The notes under the pieces were generated by a model that saw nothing but the letters and a program-made list of their open reading frames with translations, made no database searches and had not been told where the DNA came from. A stretch of DNA of 64,000 bases from Thermoplasmatota archaeon (GTDB taxonomy: Archaea; Thermoplasmatota; E2; JACPAO01; JAHFTW01): contig JBFIHX010000003.1 of assembly GCA_041601615.1 (NCBI GenBank), forward strand, positions 32,001 to 96,000, in the 5' to 3' direction. The stretch's first letter is position 1; each line of letters begins with the position of its first letter. The translations under genes were made by a program, and so were the position numbers. This document shows positions 28,714-38,768 of this stretch, piece by piece.

Positions 28714-29754
28714 ATGCGTTTCGTGGCCTCCGCCCTTCTGCTTCTTACTCTGACCTTCTCCGGTTGCCTCCAAGCAGGGAACGGCAACGGCTCGGACGCC
28801 CTAGACCGTCCCGGTGGATTGCCCCGGGACGGATGGACCGATTCCCAATTCGATTGGACCGGCCTCAATACCACCTACCCCTATGATGCACTGGTGCAAT
28901 ACTGCGTGGACGCCGGCAACTGCACCTACTGGGACGGCCAATTCCACGAAGGCGTCGTCTACGAACTTGACACCCTCATCATGGACGCCGTCGTCCTGCC
29001 TGTACCTGGTGTAGACACCATGGCGGCTACCCGCGCCGCCGGACAAGCGACCGCCGCCTGGGCCGACGTCAATCAGTTTGCCGCCCCCTGGTTCGTGGAC
29101 GCCTGGCACCTCAATACCTACGTTGTGGGCGACGGCATTCCCAGCGCCGATTTTGTCACGGACCCCGAGATCATCGTGGTCAGCGAATCCGGCCAACGCA
29201 GCACCAGTATCGGACTCAACCCCGAACAAGTCGCATGCACCGTGCTCAACGATTTCCCACTCCCACCCGTTTCACCGCCCCTTGAACCCGGCACCCTCGC
29301 CACCAAAGTTTACCCCGTCCACGAACACGACGGCATGGCAATCTTTGCCGCCGAATGCATCACAGGTGGTTTCCGCTGCGCCGCGCTGAACTTTGCTAGT
29401 GCACTTGGAGGCACCAACGGCCTATACGGCCTCGTGGCGCACGAAGTCGGCCACTGTCTGGGCCTCAGCCACGTTGGCGACGCTCTGGACTTCAACAGCC
29501 GCTTCGTTCCCACTACGGACATCATGAGCTACGCAAACAACCCAAGCAAAGTGCCCTGTGTTAGCACCCTCAATGCCCGCGTCATGGAAGGAATCTACGC
29601 CGAACTTGCCGGACAAGAAGCGCCGGAATGGATCCAGAACGGAACGCGCTTTGCCATGGGCCCGTGGGACTTCAAGACCGTGGATTGCAAGAACCCCGAA
29701 CCGGCCATCATTTGCTGCAACGATGAGCCCCGCCCCGAGCGCGGCCACGCCTGA
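28714..29754 (+). CDS. Metzincin-like lipoprotein, paralogue 4
   Basis: Lipobox FSGC; HEVGHCLGLSH; DIMSY. Confidence 0.8.
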   Translation: MRFVASALLLLTLTFSGCLQAGNGNGSDALDRPGGLPRDGWTDSQFDWTGLNTTYPYDALVQYCVDAGNCTYWDGQFHEGVVYELDTLIMDAVVLPVPGVDTMAATRAAGQATAAWADVNQFAAPWFVDAWHLNTYVVGDGIPSADFVTDPEIIVVSESGQRSTSIGLNPEQVACTVLNDFPLPPVSPPLEPGTLATKVYPVHEHDGMAIFAAECITGGFRCAALNFASALGGTNGLYGLVAHEVGHCLGLSHVGDALDFNSRFVPTTDIMSYANNPSKVPCVSTLNARVMEGIYAELAGQEAPEWIQNGTRFAMGPWDFKTVDCKNPEPAIICCNDEPRPERGHA

Positions 29755-30016
29755 AGCGCTCCGCAGAGCCTCCTCTTTCGCCTCCTAGCTCCTTGGCCCA
29801 CGCCCCACAACGGCCCCGCCTAGCGAGAGCTGCATCAAGCACTCCGCGACCCCGAGTCCCCGATCCAATCCCGCCCTTGTTCGCGTAATGGACACCTTGA
29901 TTGCAACCCTGCACCAATTCAAATCCATCTGGTTCAGTAAATAATTGATTGGCCCAATACACATTATCGTTCATCCCGAGATTTGTGTTAAATGCTATAG
30001 GCCAATCATCCTGGGC

Positions 30017-30919
30017 ATGTATACACGTACATCCATCGCCGCAGCGTGCCTGCTGACCGTGGCCTTTGCCGCCCCCGTCCTCGCAGCCACCTTCAACGAC
30101 AACAACTACCACGAATACATCCTGTACAACGTGGACACGCCCGAAATCGATGTCCTCATCGTCCCGCCCGCCTCCCCCTACTACGCCCGCGACATCCACA
30201 ACATCGAGCAATCGGTGCAAGCCTGGGAAGACGGCATCAACGAATTGGCCCCCGCATGGCTCGCCGACGGCCTCAACATCCACTACTACACCCTCGGATA
30301 CGACGACGTGCCCGAAGCCGCCCTCGCCGACCCCGAGATCGTCATCTTCAGCGCCGAATACAACCCCGTCCTGCTGTTGGGCATCGGCCTCGCCGCCCCC
30401 GTAAACCTGTGCCACGGCCTCGATCTCTTCGAATCCGCAGCACTGCACCAACACGAAGGCAGCCCCTGGGGCGTATTCCACAGCGAATGCCGCGCAGGAG
30501 GCTACCAATGCACCGTCGTCAACACCAACTTCCTCTGGCTCCCAAACGCCGGCAACGAACGCGAGATGTACGACCTCAATAGCCACGAATTCGGCCACTG
30601 CCTCGGCATCGGACACGTCGGCGACGCACTCGACTTCTCAGCCCAAAACTACCCCTCGTCGGACATCATGAGCTACCAACAAAACCCCAACCAAGTACAC
30701 TGCGTCAGCTCCCTCAACATCCTCGCACTCGAAGCCGTCTACGGCGCCTTGCTTGGACACTCCAGCCTGCACAAGCACTCCGGGAGCTACGTCCACATGA
30801 GTCCAGGTGGCTACGAGCAAGTAGACTGCAAGAACCCCACAAATCCAGCACTCACCAACATCGCCGCAGCCACACCGCTAGGCCACTCGCACCCGACGCC
30901 CGGAAGCACCATCTGGTAA
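30017..30919 (+). CDS. Secreted metzincin-like protease, paralogue 5
   Basis: Signal peptide; HEFGHCLGIGH; DIMSY; closest to paralogue 1 (YHEYIL, YTLGYDD). Confidence 0.8.
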   Translation: MYTRTSIAAACLLTVAFAAPVLAATFNDNNYHEYILYNVDTPEIDVLIVPPASPYYARDIHNIEQSVQAWEDGINELAPAWLADGLNIHYYTLGYDDVPEAALADPEIVIFSAEYNPVLLLGIGLAAPVNLCHGLDLFESAALHQHEGSPWGVFHSECRAGGYQCTVVNTNFLWLPNAGNEREMYDLNSHEFGHCLGIGHVGDALDFSAQNYPSSDIMSYQQNPNQVHCVSSLNILALEAVYGALLGHSSLHKHSGSYVHMSPGGYEQVDCKNPTNPALTNIAAATPLGHSHPTPGSTIW

Positions 30920-31133
30920 CCAATCAAGGCCGCACGAAAACCAAAACACTCCACCTCCTTTCTCCCTCTTTGCAACGCGCCGCATGTGGCACCGTGACGG
31001 GCCCGCCCCGGCTGGCGCACAAAATGGGCTACAAAGCTCCTCAAAAATAGCCAAGCATCAAAGCCGATACAGCGCAAAATCAGCGCCGAAGCAAGCCACA
31101 ACGAAGCCGACCCTTAGGCCGGCACGCGTACGT

Positions 31134-31523
31134 TCAGCGCATGTGCGCGCCCAGCATCGACTCCAGCGAGCCGCGCGCTTCGGGCTCCCGGCGCTCCTCC
31201 CGGCCGCTCCAAAATTCCTGGTAGTCGCCAAGATACTTGGCCACCGTCTCCATCGGGTTGGCCTGCAAATGGCAGTGGCGCGTACGGCCCCGCTTCTCCG
31301 TCACCACAAGCCCCGCATCCTCCAGCACACGCAGGTGCTTTTGGACCGCAGGCAAGCTCATCGGCAATGGATCAGCCAACTCGCTCACGGTGTGGTCGCC
31401 GTCTTTGAGAGTCTCCAAGAGACGGCGGCGGGTTGGATCCGAGAGTGCAGAGAAGCACTGGTCGAGGCTTGGTAGGCCATTGGCTTGAAGCGCATCAGGG
31501 GATTGTGGGAAGTCGGGCAGCAT
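31134..31523 (-). CDS. ArsR/SmtB family transcriptional regulator
   Basis: FSALSDPTRRRLL...MSLPAVQKHLRVLEDAGLV...KRGR. Confidence 0.88.
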   Translation of the reverse strand: MLPDFPQSPDALQANGLPSLDQCFSALSDPTRRRLLETLKDGDHTVSELADPLPMSLPAVQKHLRVLEDAGLVVTEKRGRTRHCHLQANPMETVAKYLGDYQEFWSGREERREPEARGSLESMLGAHMR

Positions 31524-31962
31524 GGGGCATCAACAGAATTGTCCGTCCTGGAACCGGTAGGCCTGGTCACTCCAGGTACCCAAAGGCGTCGAACTTCCGA
31601 ACCTCACGGGGAGGGCCGTGGGCGCAACGTGAAGGGGCGATGACACAGACACGAAACATGCAAGACCCGGACCTAGGATGGAGGTTGCGCGAGGGTTCTC
31701 TTTTATCTAGACACTTCAGATAAGATTCATTCTTGTAGTTCAACCGCCCAATCTGGCCTTATTTGAACATTGCTAGGGTGTGGCGGGCTTGCTCGGTCAT
31801 GATTTACACGCTCCATTGCAAAAAGCCCAATGGGCCCAATTGCAAACCAAATGTGCACAGAGCCAAAATCGAGCCAGATTGGTGTTTGCAGCGGCTCGAA
31901 AGGCCCCGTCTGCATGCGCCCGCTCCGCTCCGGCCAAGTAGGCCATGCACCTCGCACAGCTC

Positions 31963-32445
31963 ATGCCCCGAGACCTTGAACCCGTCCCCATGAGCCAGTC
32001 GGCCACCACCATGAGCCGCCTGATGCAACCGGACGACGCAAACGTCTACGGCAACATCCATGGTGGCGCCATTCTGCGCTACATCGACGAAACAGCCGCC
32101 GTCGCCGCCTGGCGCCACGCCCGTGTTCCCAAGGTCGTCACCGCAAGCTTTGAGCGCATGTCCTTCAAGAAACCGGTTTTCGTAGGCGACATTCTCCACT
32201 GCCACGCCACCGTGCGCCACACCGGCCGCACCAGCATGATCATCGGCGTCCGCGTCGAAGCCGAAGAACCAAGCACCGGCGACACCCGCCACGTGGCCAG
32301 CGCACACGTCACCTTCGTCGCCCTCGACAAAGCAGGCTCCCCAACGCCCACACCTGGAGTGTACGCCGAAACGCCGCAGGAAGAAGAGAAAATGGCCCGC
32401 GCAAAGCGCGTCCACGAAGCAATCAAAGCGGCGCTTCGACCATAA
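31963..32445 (+). CDS. Acyl-CoA thioesterase (hotdog fold)
   Basis: PDDANVYGNIHGG, FKKPVFVGD, GRTSM, TFVALD. Confidence 0.9.
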   Translation: MPRDLEPVPMSQSATTMSRLMQPDDANVYGNIHGGAILRYIDETAAVAAWRHARVPKVVTASFERMSFKKPVFVGDILHCHATVRHTGRTSMIIGVRVEAEEPSTGDTRHVASAHVTFVALDKAGSPTPTPGVYAETPQEEEKMARAKRVHEAIKAALRP

Positions 32446-32543
32446 TCAAACGAAATCCGGCTGGGGACGTTTGAAACATCTACAAAACATTCATGGCACA
32501 CCGGCCAATGCCCATCTGTCGCCATTTCGCGACAGGTGAAACC

Positions 32544-32783
32544 ATGAAACTACAGACCTACCTCCTGACCTCGCTGCTGCTCCTCTCCGTCATCGCATTC
32601 GCTCCTGGCGCCTCCGCCGGACCCAACCAATGCGACAAAACGGTCGAGACCAACTGTGTCACCAACTACGAATGCAGGGCCTACTACCAAGGCCAATGCT
32701 ACGCCTACACCGCCGACCACTGCCTCGCCTGGGCCGTCGCGGTGTGCGTCTACGATCTGCGCTACTACCTCGAATCCGCGTAG
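32544..32783 (+). CDS. Small secreted 6-Cys peptide A
   Basis: AGGTGA SD; signal peptide ...PGASA; C-x7-C-x5-C-x7-C-x7-C-x7-C. Confidence 0.75.
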   Translation: MKLQTYLLTSLLLLSVIAFAPGASAGPNQCDKTVETNCVTNYECRAYYQGQCYAYTADHCLAWAVAVCVYDLRYYLESA

Positions 32784-32962
32784 GCGCATCGGATCATCTA
32801 GCGCCCCTCGGGGTCCAATGAATTGGCATACTTGCAGGTAAAACAACCCGCTGCATGTTCATTTATTAGATTCCACGGGCGCTATAATGAACTGAACGGT
32901 TAAAAGAAACAACTAAGTTGCGCATGCCAATCGATGCTTGGCCATTGTGGCCAGTGATCAAC

Positions 32963-33199
32963 ATGAAGACAACCCTACTGCTTCTTGCAACCGCCCTTCT
33001 TCTGACTCCGATGGTGTCGGCCGGAACCGGCGACGCCGCAGAAACATCGCTCCAATCCGCTCCCAACGAATGCGACGGCCTCGTCGACGTATTCTGCATC
33101 GAAACCGAGTGTACCCACTGGTACGAGGGCCAATGCGTCTGGTTCGACTGGCAAGCCTGCTACGTCTGGGTGAACGGACTCTGCGTCTACATCGGATAA
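32963..33199 (+). CDS. Small secreted 6-Cys peptide B
   Basis: Signal peptide ...MVSA; C-x7-C-x4-C-x7-C-x7-C-x7-C. Confidence 0.75.
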   Translation: MKTTLLLLATALLLTPMVSAGTGDAAETSLQSAPNECDGLVDVFCIETECTHWYEGQCVWFDWQACYVWVNGLCVYIG

Positions 33200-33237
33200 T
33201 CTAGGCAACGCCCGCCACAAATCCAAGGAGAGCATCC

Positions 33238-33501
33238 ATGATCCACAAACCTGTACCCACCAAGAATCTGCGTCGAAACGCACTCACCTGCCTCGCAGCA
33301 CTCGCCCTCATCGCGGTCGCCACCATCCCCGGTGTCGCCGCCAACCACGAAAGCCAACTCTGCGGAGGCGACGTAGACCACGACTGCTACAGCAACTACC
33401 GCTGCAAGTACCAGTACGGCGACCACTGCACCGGCTGGACCTGGACCTACTGCCTTGTCTATGTCTCGGGCATCTGCCTCGGCTTTGAAATCGAACGCTA
33501 A
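33238..33501 (+). CDS. Small secreted 6-Cys peptide C
   Basis: AGGAG SD; signal peptide (possibly Tat-like RRNAL); C-x7-C-x5-C-x7-C-x7-C-x7-C. Confidence 0.75.
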   Translation: MIHKPVPTKNLRRNALTCLAALALIAVATIPGVAANHESQLCGGDVDHDCYSNYRCKYQYGDHCTGWTWTYCLVYVSGICLGFEIER

Positions 33502-33633
33502 CCCACCGGCGGGCAACAAGATTGCCCCAAAACCTCCCTCCTCGCTTCTTCCCGCCTTCACACCATCCTGGCGCAGCGTCGCCTTCTTGAAGCCGCCCCA
33601 AGTGCCGCCCCCATGGACGAGACCCTGGGCACC

Positions 33634-35013
33634 ATGGCCGGCCCGGAAACCCGCACCGAAGCCGACTCCATGGGCGAAATGGAAATTCCCATCGACGCCA
33701 AGTGGGGCGCCAGCACCCAACGCGCCGTGCAAAACTTCCCCATCAGCGGCCTCACCATGCCCGAGTCGTTCCTCCGCAGCCTCGGACTTGTCAAGTGGGC
33801 TGCTGCCCTTGCCAACAAGGACCTCGAAGTGCTAGACGCGGACCTCGCCGACGCCATCGCCGAAGCCGCATTCAGCATCTACGAAGGCGAACACATGGAA
33901 CACTTCCCCATCGACGTCTTCCAAACCGGCAGCGGCACCAGCACCAACATGAACGCCAATGAGGTCATCGCCAACCTCGCAAGCGGCATCCTCGGCCGCA
34001 ACGTCCACCCCAACGACGACGTCAACAAGGGCCAAAGCAGCAACGACGTCATCCCCACCGTGATGCACGTCGCCGCTGCGCTGGAAGCCAAGTACACCCT
34101 CATTTCCGCGCTCGAACACCTGCACGCCTGCCTCAAGCAGAAGCAAGAGGAATTCGACGACGTCGTAAAAATTGGCCGCACCCACCTCATGGACGCCGTC
34201 CCCGTCCGCCTCGGCCAAGAATTCGGTGGTTACGCCCGACAAATCGAACTCGGCATCAGTCGCATCGAAAGCTCTCTCGAAGGACTTCTCGAAATCGCCC
34301 AAGGTGGCACCGCAGTCGGCACCGGCCTCAATGCCCACCCCGAATTTGGAAGCAAGGTCGCCGAATACCTCTACCAAGCCACCAACCTCGAATTCAAGGA
34401 AGCCGAGGACCACTTTGAAGCCCAAGGCGGCCGCGACGCCTACGTCTTCCTGGCCGGCGCCATGGACACCGTCGCCGCCAGCATGATGAAGATCGCCAAC
34501 GACGTGCGCCTTCTAGGAAGTGGCCCCGCGTGTGGCCTCGGCGAACTGCAACTACCCAGCATCCAACCCGGCAGCAGCATCATGCCCGGCAAGGTCAACC
34601 CCGTCATCTGCGAAGCCGTCATCATGGCCGGCGCCCACGTCACCGGCAACAACACCGCCATCCGCATCGGCGGCCAATGGGGCCAACTCGAACTCAACGT
34701 TATGCTCCCCATGATGGCCCACAACGCCCTCGAAAACATCAACCTCCTAGCCGGCGCCGCCACCGTCTTCGTGGACAACTGCCTAGCCGGCACCACCGCC
34801 AACAAAGAAGCCGCCGAAGCCTACGTAGAAACCAGCATGAGCATGGCGACCGCGCTCAATCCACTCATCGGCTACGACAAGGCAGCGACCATCGCCAAGG
34901 CAAGCTGGAAGACCGGCCGCACCGTGCGCGAACTGGCCTACGAAATGTCCGGCCTCACCAAGGAACAGGTGGACGAGGCATTGGAGCCACGCAAGCAAAC
35001 CGGTCACAACTGA
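33634..35013 (+). CDS. fumC: Class II fumarate hydratase
   Basis: RTEADSMGE, QTGSGTSTNMNANEV, GRTHLMDA, GSSIMPGKVNP. Confidence 0.95.
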   Translation: MAGPETRTEADSMGEMEIPIDAKWGASTQRAVQNFPISGLTMPESFLRSLGLVKWAAALANKDLEVLDADLADAIAEAAFSIYEGEHMEHFPIDVFQTGSGTSTNMNANEVIANLASGILGRNVHPNDDVNKGQSSNDVIPTVMHVAAALEAKYTLISALEHLHACLKQKQEEFDDVVKIGRTHLMDAVPVRLGQEFGGYARQIELGISRIESSLEGLLEIAQGGTAVGTGLNAHPEFGSKVAEYLYQATNLEFKEAEDHFEAQGGRDAYVFLAGAMDTVAASMMKIANDVRLLGSGPACGLGELQLPSIQPGSSIMPGKVNPVICEAVIMAGAHVTGNNTAIRIGGQWGQLELNVMLPMMAHNALENINLLAGAATVFVDNCLAGTTANKEAAEAYVETSMSMATALNPLIGYDKAATIAKASWKTGRTVRELAYEMSGLTKEQVDEALEPRKQTGHN

Positions 35014-35071
35014 ACGGCCGGAATGCGCAACGCTGCGCTGTATTCAATACGGAGCCAGAACAGGCTGCAGC

Positions 35072-35668
35072 CTAGCGCCGCGTCCGCACGGCCACACGCA
35101 ATCGAGCGTGCCCCACAATTTCTGCTACCACTTCCTGACCGGGCTCCATGGGTCCAACGCCCTCTGGGGTCCCGGTGAGCAGAATATCTCCGGGCACAAG
35201 CGTTGTCCAAGTGGCGGCGTGGCGCAACAGATCGGGGACATTCCACGTCATTTCGCCAGTCCGACCGTCCTGCCGCACTTCGTCGTCCACGAACAAACGA
35301 AGCTGCAGATCATCGAGGTTCACGCCGGAGCCCGCCAACGGAATCCAGGCACCAAGCGGACAGAACGTATCGTAGCCCTTCGCCTGGGTCCATGGCCGAC
35401 CTGCTGCCTTTGCCGCTGCTTGCAAGTCACGGGCGGTCACGTCAATGGCCACCGTGAAGGCGTCAGGCGCGCCGTCGGGTCCAATGCGGATGGCCAGTTC
35501 CACTTCGTGGTGCACGGCCCCAATGCCGGCTGGAAGCATCACCGCGTCGCCGTTGCCGACGATGGACGTATCTGGCTTCCAGAACCAGATGGGCGTCTCC
35601 GGCGTCTCGCTGCCCATTTCCCTCGCGTGCTTGGCGTAGTTTTTGCCCACGCAGAGGATTTTGGGCAT
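35072..35668 (-). CDS. Fumarylacetoacetate hydrolase family protein
   Basis: KILCVGKNYAKH, HHEVEL, DVTARDLQ, KGYDTF, GDILLTGTPEGVG. Confidence 0.9.
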   Translation of the reverse strand: MPKILCVGKNYAKHAREMGSETPETPIWFWKPDTSIVGNGDAVMLPAGIGAVHHEVELAIRIGPDGAPDAFTVAIDVTARDLQAAAKAAGRPWTQAKGYDTFCPLGAWIPLAGSGVNLDDLQLRLFVDDEVRQDGRTGEMTWNVPDLLRHAATWTTLVPGDILLTGTPEGVGPMEPGQEVVAEIVGHARLRVAVRTRR

Positions 35669-35669
35669 G

Positions 35670-36455
35670 CTATGCGGACGCGCTCTTGTATTCCGGCCCA
35701 AGCAAGCGACCGACGACCGCCTTGGAGTCCGCGGGGAAGTCGCGGTCGCGCATCCAGAGAAGGTACGACTTGTGCTCGGGATTCTGCACATCGATCGCGG
35801 CGTCTCGAAACTTGCCGAAGCCAAAGAACGGCTTGCCGTTGGCCTCGTAGAACTTGTGCCCGTGGTCGAGCCAAGTGCGAATCTGCGCCTCGGGGTCAAA
35901 GTGGCGCACCAACTCCTTGATCTTCATGCCCTCCAGCGTCGCGGGAAGCAACTCGGCGTGCGCGGCGCGTTGCCGGCGCAGCACTTCCACGGTCGCTGCG
36001 GTGTCGGCCTCGGATCGGTGCAGGCCCTCCAGGGACTCGCCCGTGTAGCGCGCGTACATGGGGCCCAGTTTGTGGCTGTTGACTTGGCGTTCGATTTGGA
36101 GCGTATCGATGCAAGGGTGCTCCACGGCGAGACCCGGCTGGCCAGCCCGCACCAGTTCGTTGTGCAGGAATCCCACGTCGAAGCGGTGGTTGTGCGCAAT
36201 CAGAACGGCGTCCGCCACGAATTTCTGAATGCGCGGGGCATGGTGCGCAAAAGCGGGCTTGTCGGCGACCATCTCGTCCGTGATGCCATGAATTTCAATG
36301 ACCTCCTTGCTCATGGGCATCCCCGGGTTGACAAGCGCGGACCAGCGGCCAAGTTCCTTCAGCTCCGCGTCCAGCTCAATAAAGCAGAACTCCACGATGC
36401 GGTCGGTCTCGGCGTCGGTGCCTGTGGTCTCCAGGTCGAACGCGACGTACTTCAC
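35670..36455 (-). CDS. DEDDh 3'-5' exonuclease (DnaQ-like)
   Basis: FDLETTG, IHGIT, AHNHRFD, HRSEAD; C-terminal FGFGKF exonuclease X-like motif. Confidence 0.88.
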   Translation of the reverse strand: MKYVAFDLETTGTDAETDRIVEFCFIELDAELKELGRWSALVNPGMPMSKEVIEIHGITDEMVADKPAFAHHAPRIQKFVADAVLIAHNHRFDVGFLHNELVRAGQPGLAVEHPCIDTLQIERQVNSHKLGPMYARYTGESLEGLHRSEADTAATVEVLRRQRAAHAELLPATLEGMKIKELVRHFDPEAQIRTWLDHGHKFYEANGKPFFGFGKFRDAAIDVQNPEHKSYLLWMRDRDFPADSKAVVGRLLGPEYKSASA

Positions 36456-36517
36456 GAGTCGGCGACAGGAGGGGGGATGAAAAAGGCAGGGGGGCGGACC
36501 ACGGCGAGGAACGCGGC

Positions 36518-37351
36518 CTAGCGGTCGCCATTCAGATACGACCATCCTTCAGGTGGGCCCGCCACTTCCCAGACCGTGACAAACAACGAATAGCTCTGGT
36601 CGATGGTGGGCCAGATTGCATCCGGTAGGAGCCCGACTTCCAAAACGGCATGGTCTCGAAACGCGAAACCGTCGGTAAAGTCCGCTTCCACGAGATGTGC
36701 GCGCAACGGATTGGCGCCCGCGCCCGCCGCCCACGCTGAGCCGGTGCCGCTCGTGACGTTGTATCGGTACTCGGTGGGAGCCACTGCGCCGGGACTGATG
36801 CTGTCTTCCCATAGCGCTTCCACGGTGATGCCTACGGTGAGCCGGGCCACAGGGAGGTTGAAGGAACAAGTGCAAGCACCCGCGCCCGCAGCGTCCTTGA
36901 CGGGGTCTGCGGGGCCGTCGGCCGGGCCAAGGCTCGCGGCGACTCGGCCGTCGAATTGGAACGTCTGGTGAAACGGAACGGCCGCAACCAAGGACGTCAA
37001 CTGGAGCCGAGGCCGGGCGGTCTTGTTTTCAAGCACGGTCACCGTTTGCTCGGCGGGGTCGTGGTCCGGAGCACTTGCTTGGAGGCGGTAGGTGCCGGGC
37101 TCCACATCGAAGCGGAATCGCCCGAAGATATCCGAGAGCGTGCTTTGGCCCGTCTCCACCACCAGCACGGTCGCACCTTGGATGGGCTGAATGGTGGGTG
37201 TGACCACGACGCCGCTGATGCCACCCAGCGCCGATGCGTCTGCATCGTCTGGAGCACCATCGCCGGTTTTGGGGCCAGCGTCGCCCTTGCTGCCGCATCC
37301 GGAAAGGGCAAGAGAAGCCACCAGGAGCACGGCAAACCACCGCAAGCGCAC
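36518..37351 (-). CDS. Lipoprotein with a carboxypeptidase-regulatory-like domain
   Basis: Lipobox LSGC; GISGVVV...PIQGATV...EPGTY. Confidence 0.75.
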   Translation of the reverse strand: MRLRWFAVLLVASLALSGCGSKGDAGPKTGDGAPDDADASALGGISGVVVTPTIQPIQGATVLVVETGQSTLSDIFGRFRFDVEPGTYRLQASAPDHDPAEQTVTVLENKTARPRLQLTSLVAAVPFHQTFQFDGRVAASLGPADGPADPVKDAAGAGACTCSFNLPVARLTVGITVEALWEDSISPGAVAPTEYRYNVTSGTGSAWAAGAGANPLRAHLVEADFTDGFAFRDHAVLEVGLLPDAIWPTIDQSYSLFVTVWEVAGPPEGWSYLNGDR

Positions 37352-37416
37352 GGGCCAAGCTTGCCCTGATGCAACAAAAGGATGATGGAAGAAGAGTCGA
37401 GCCGGGGGCACCGGGC

Positions 37417-37842
37417 CTACGACTTGATGTCGACGACCTTGATGTCGAAGTGCAGGGTCTTGCCTGCGAGGAAATGGTTGAAGTCCAGCGTGACGCCGTC
37501 TTCTCCGATTTCCTTGACGGTGGCTTGGAACTGGCGATCGTCGTCGGACTGCAGCATCAGCACTTGGCCCACTTCGACGCCCTCGGCGTTCAGGCGGTCG
37601 TTGGGGATCTTCTGGATCATCTGCGGGTCGTGGTCGCCGTAGCCTTCGGCCGGGGGGATGGCGACACTGGTCTCGGCGCCCACATCGAGTCCGCGCACGG
37701 CGTCATCGAAGCCCTTGATGAGTTGGCCGGAACCGACCTCGAAACTGAGCGGGTCGCGGCCCTCGCTGGAGTCAAAGACGGTGCCGTCCTCGAGCTTGCC
37801 GGTGTAGTGGACGGCGACGGTGTCACCCTCTTGAATGGTCAT
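37417..37842 (-). CDS. slyD: FKBP-type peptidyl-prolyl isomerase (SlyD-like)
   Basis: VHYTGKLEDGTVFDSS, GQLIKGF, LDFNHFLAGKTL. Confidence 0.92.
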   Translation of the reverse strand: MTIQEGDTVAVHYTGKLEDGTVFDSSEGRDPLSFEVGSGQLIKGFDDAVRGLDVGAETSVAIPPAEGYGDHDPQMIQKIPNDRLNAEGVEVGQVLMLQSDDDRQFQATVKEIGEDGVTLDFNHFLAGKTLHFDIKVVDIKS

Positions 37843-37949
37843 ATCAAACCAGCGACCTTGCATGGTACAAAGGAATTGCGCCTGTGGCAGGCGGATGGTT
37901 TTGAAGCACCCAATCGGAGGGCCCGCGGCGGTGCAGAGCGTCGGTTGGG

Positions 37950-38768
37950 TTAGGCGTCGCCTGCGACCAAGGACCAGCCGGCGGGGGCAGGATCGATGTA
38001 GAAGAATGTCACGAAGCCCTCGAACTCTTGCTCGATGTCGGGTTGTTCACCGGAGGAGATTTGCATGGTCCAATCCGTATCTTTGCCAAACACACTGCCG
38101 TCCACGTGCCAAAGGGTTGGCGAGCTGCCCCAGGTGGATTGGGTGCCGCTGGATTCGGTCCAGATTTCCCAGTACATGTCGTGTTCTTCGGCGCGGGGGG
38201 TGCTTGATTCCCAGATGCCTTCCACGACCACGGTGGCCGGGCCGGGGGATGCAGAGAATTCGAAAATGCAGGTGCAGAGGTCGTTGTTGCCAAGTGTGTC
38301 GGTGAGGACATAGACGCCGTAGAAGTCGCTCACGGTCATGCGGCCGTTGAATTGGTAGCTCTGGTGGTAGGGCTTGGGGGAGGTGTCGAAAGGCAGCATC
38401 AGGCGCGGATTGGCAACCTTGCCCGCTTGCACTTCCACATTCTGTTGCACGGCGAGGTGCCCTTCGGCAATTGCCGCGATGAAGTAGGTGCCGGGTTCGA
38501 GGCCCTCGAATGCGAACAAGCCATTTTCGTCCGTGGTGGCGATATGATCGCTGCCCGTGATGGACAAATTGGCGCCTGCGATGGGGACGATGGTAGGCGA
38601 GACGACGACGCCGCTTATGGCGCCCAGCGAACCATTGGTCTGCACTTGCTTGGGCGGCGGCAGATTCGACGGCGGCTCGGGGGAACTGCTGTCTGAGCAG
38701 CCTGCCAGGCCCACCGCGAGCAACATGCATGAGATGGTGATGAACTGCAGTTTCCGGGCCCCGGCCAT
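37950..38768 (-). CDS. Lipoprotein with a carboxypeptidase-regulatory-like domain
   Basis: Lipobox LAGC; TTDENGLF...LEPGTY; C-terminal PAGWS. Confidence 0.78.
   Translation of the reverse strand: MAGARKLQFITISCMLLAVGLAGCSDSSSPEPPSNLPPPKQVQTNGSLGAISGVVVSPTIVPIAGANLSITGSDHIATTDENGLFAFEGLEPGTYFIAAIAEGHLAVQQNVEVQAGKVANPRLMLPFDTSPKPYHQSYQFNGRMTVSDFYGVYVLTDTLGNNDLCTCIFEFSASPGPATVVVEGIWESSTPRAEEHDMYWEIWTESSGTQSTWGSSPTLWHVDGSVFGKDTDWTMQISSGEQPDIEQEFEGFVTFFYIDPAPAGWSLVAGDA

Noticed and set aside
29727-29823. Possible fourth 3'-end echo after metzincin paralogue 4 (PRPERGHA* vs PTPHNGPA*)
   Set aside because: Short, GC-rich low-complexity similarity with a different offset (about 69 bp); could be chance.
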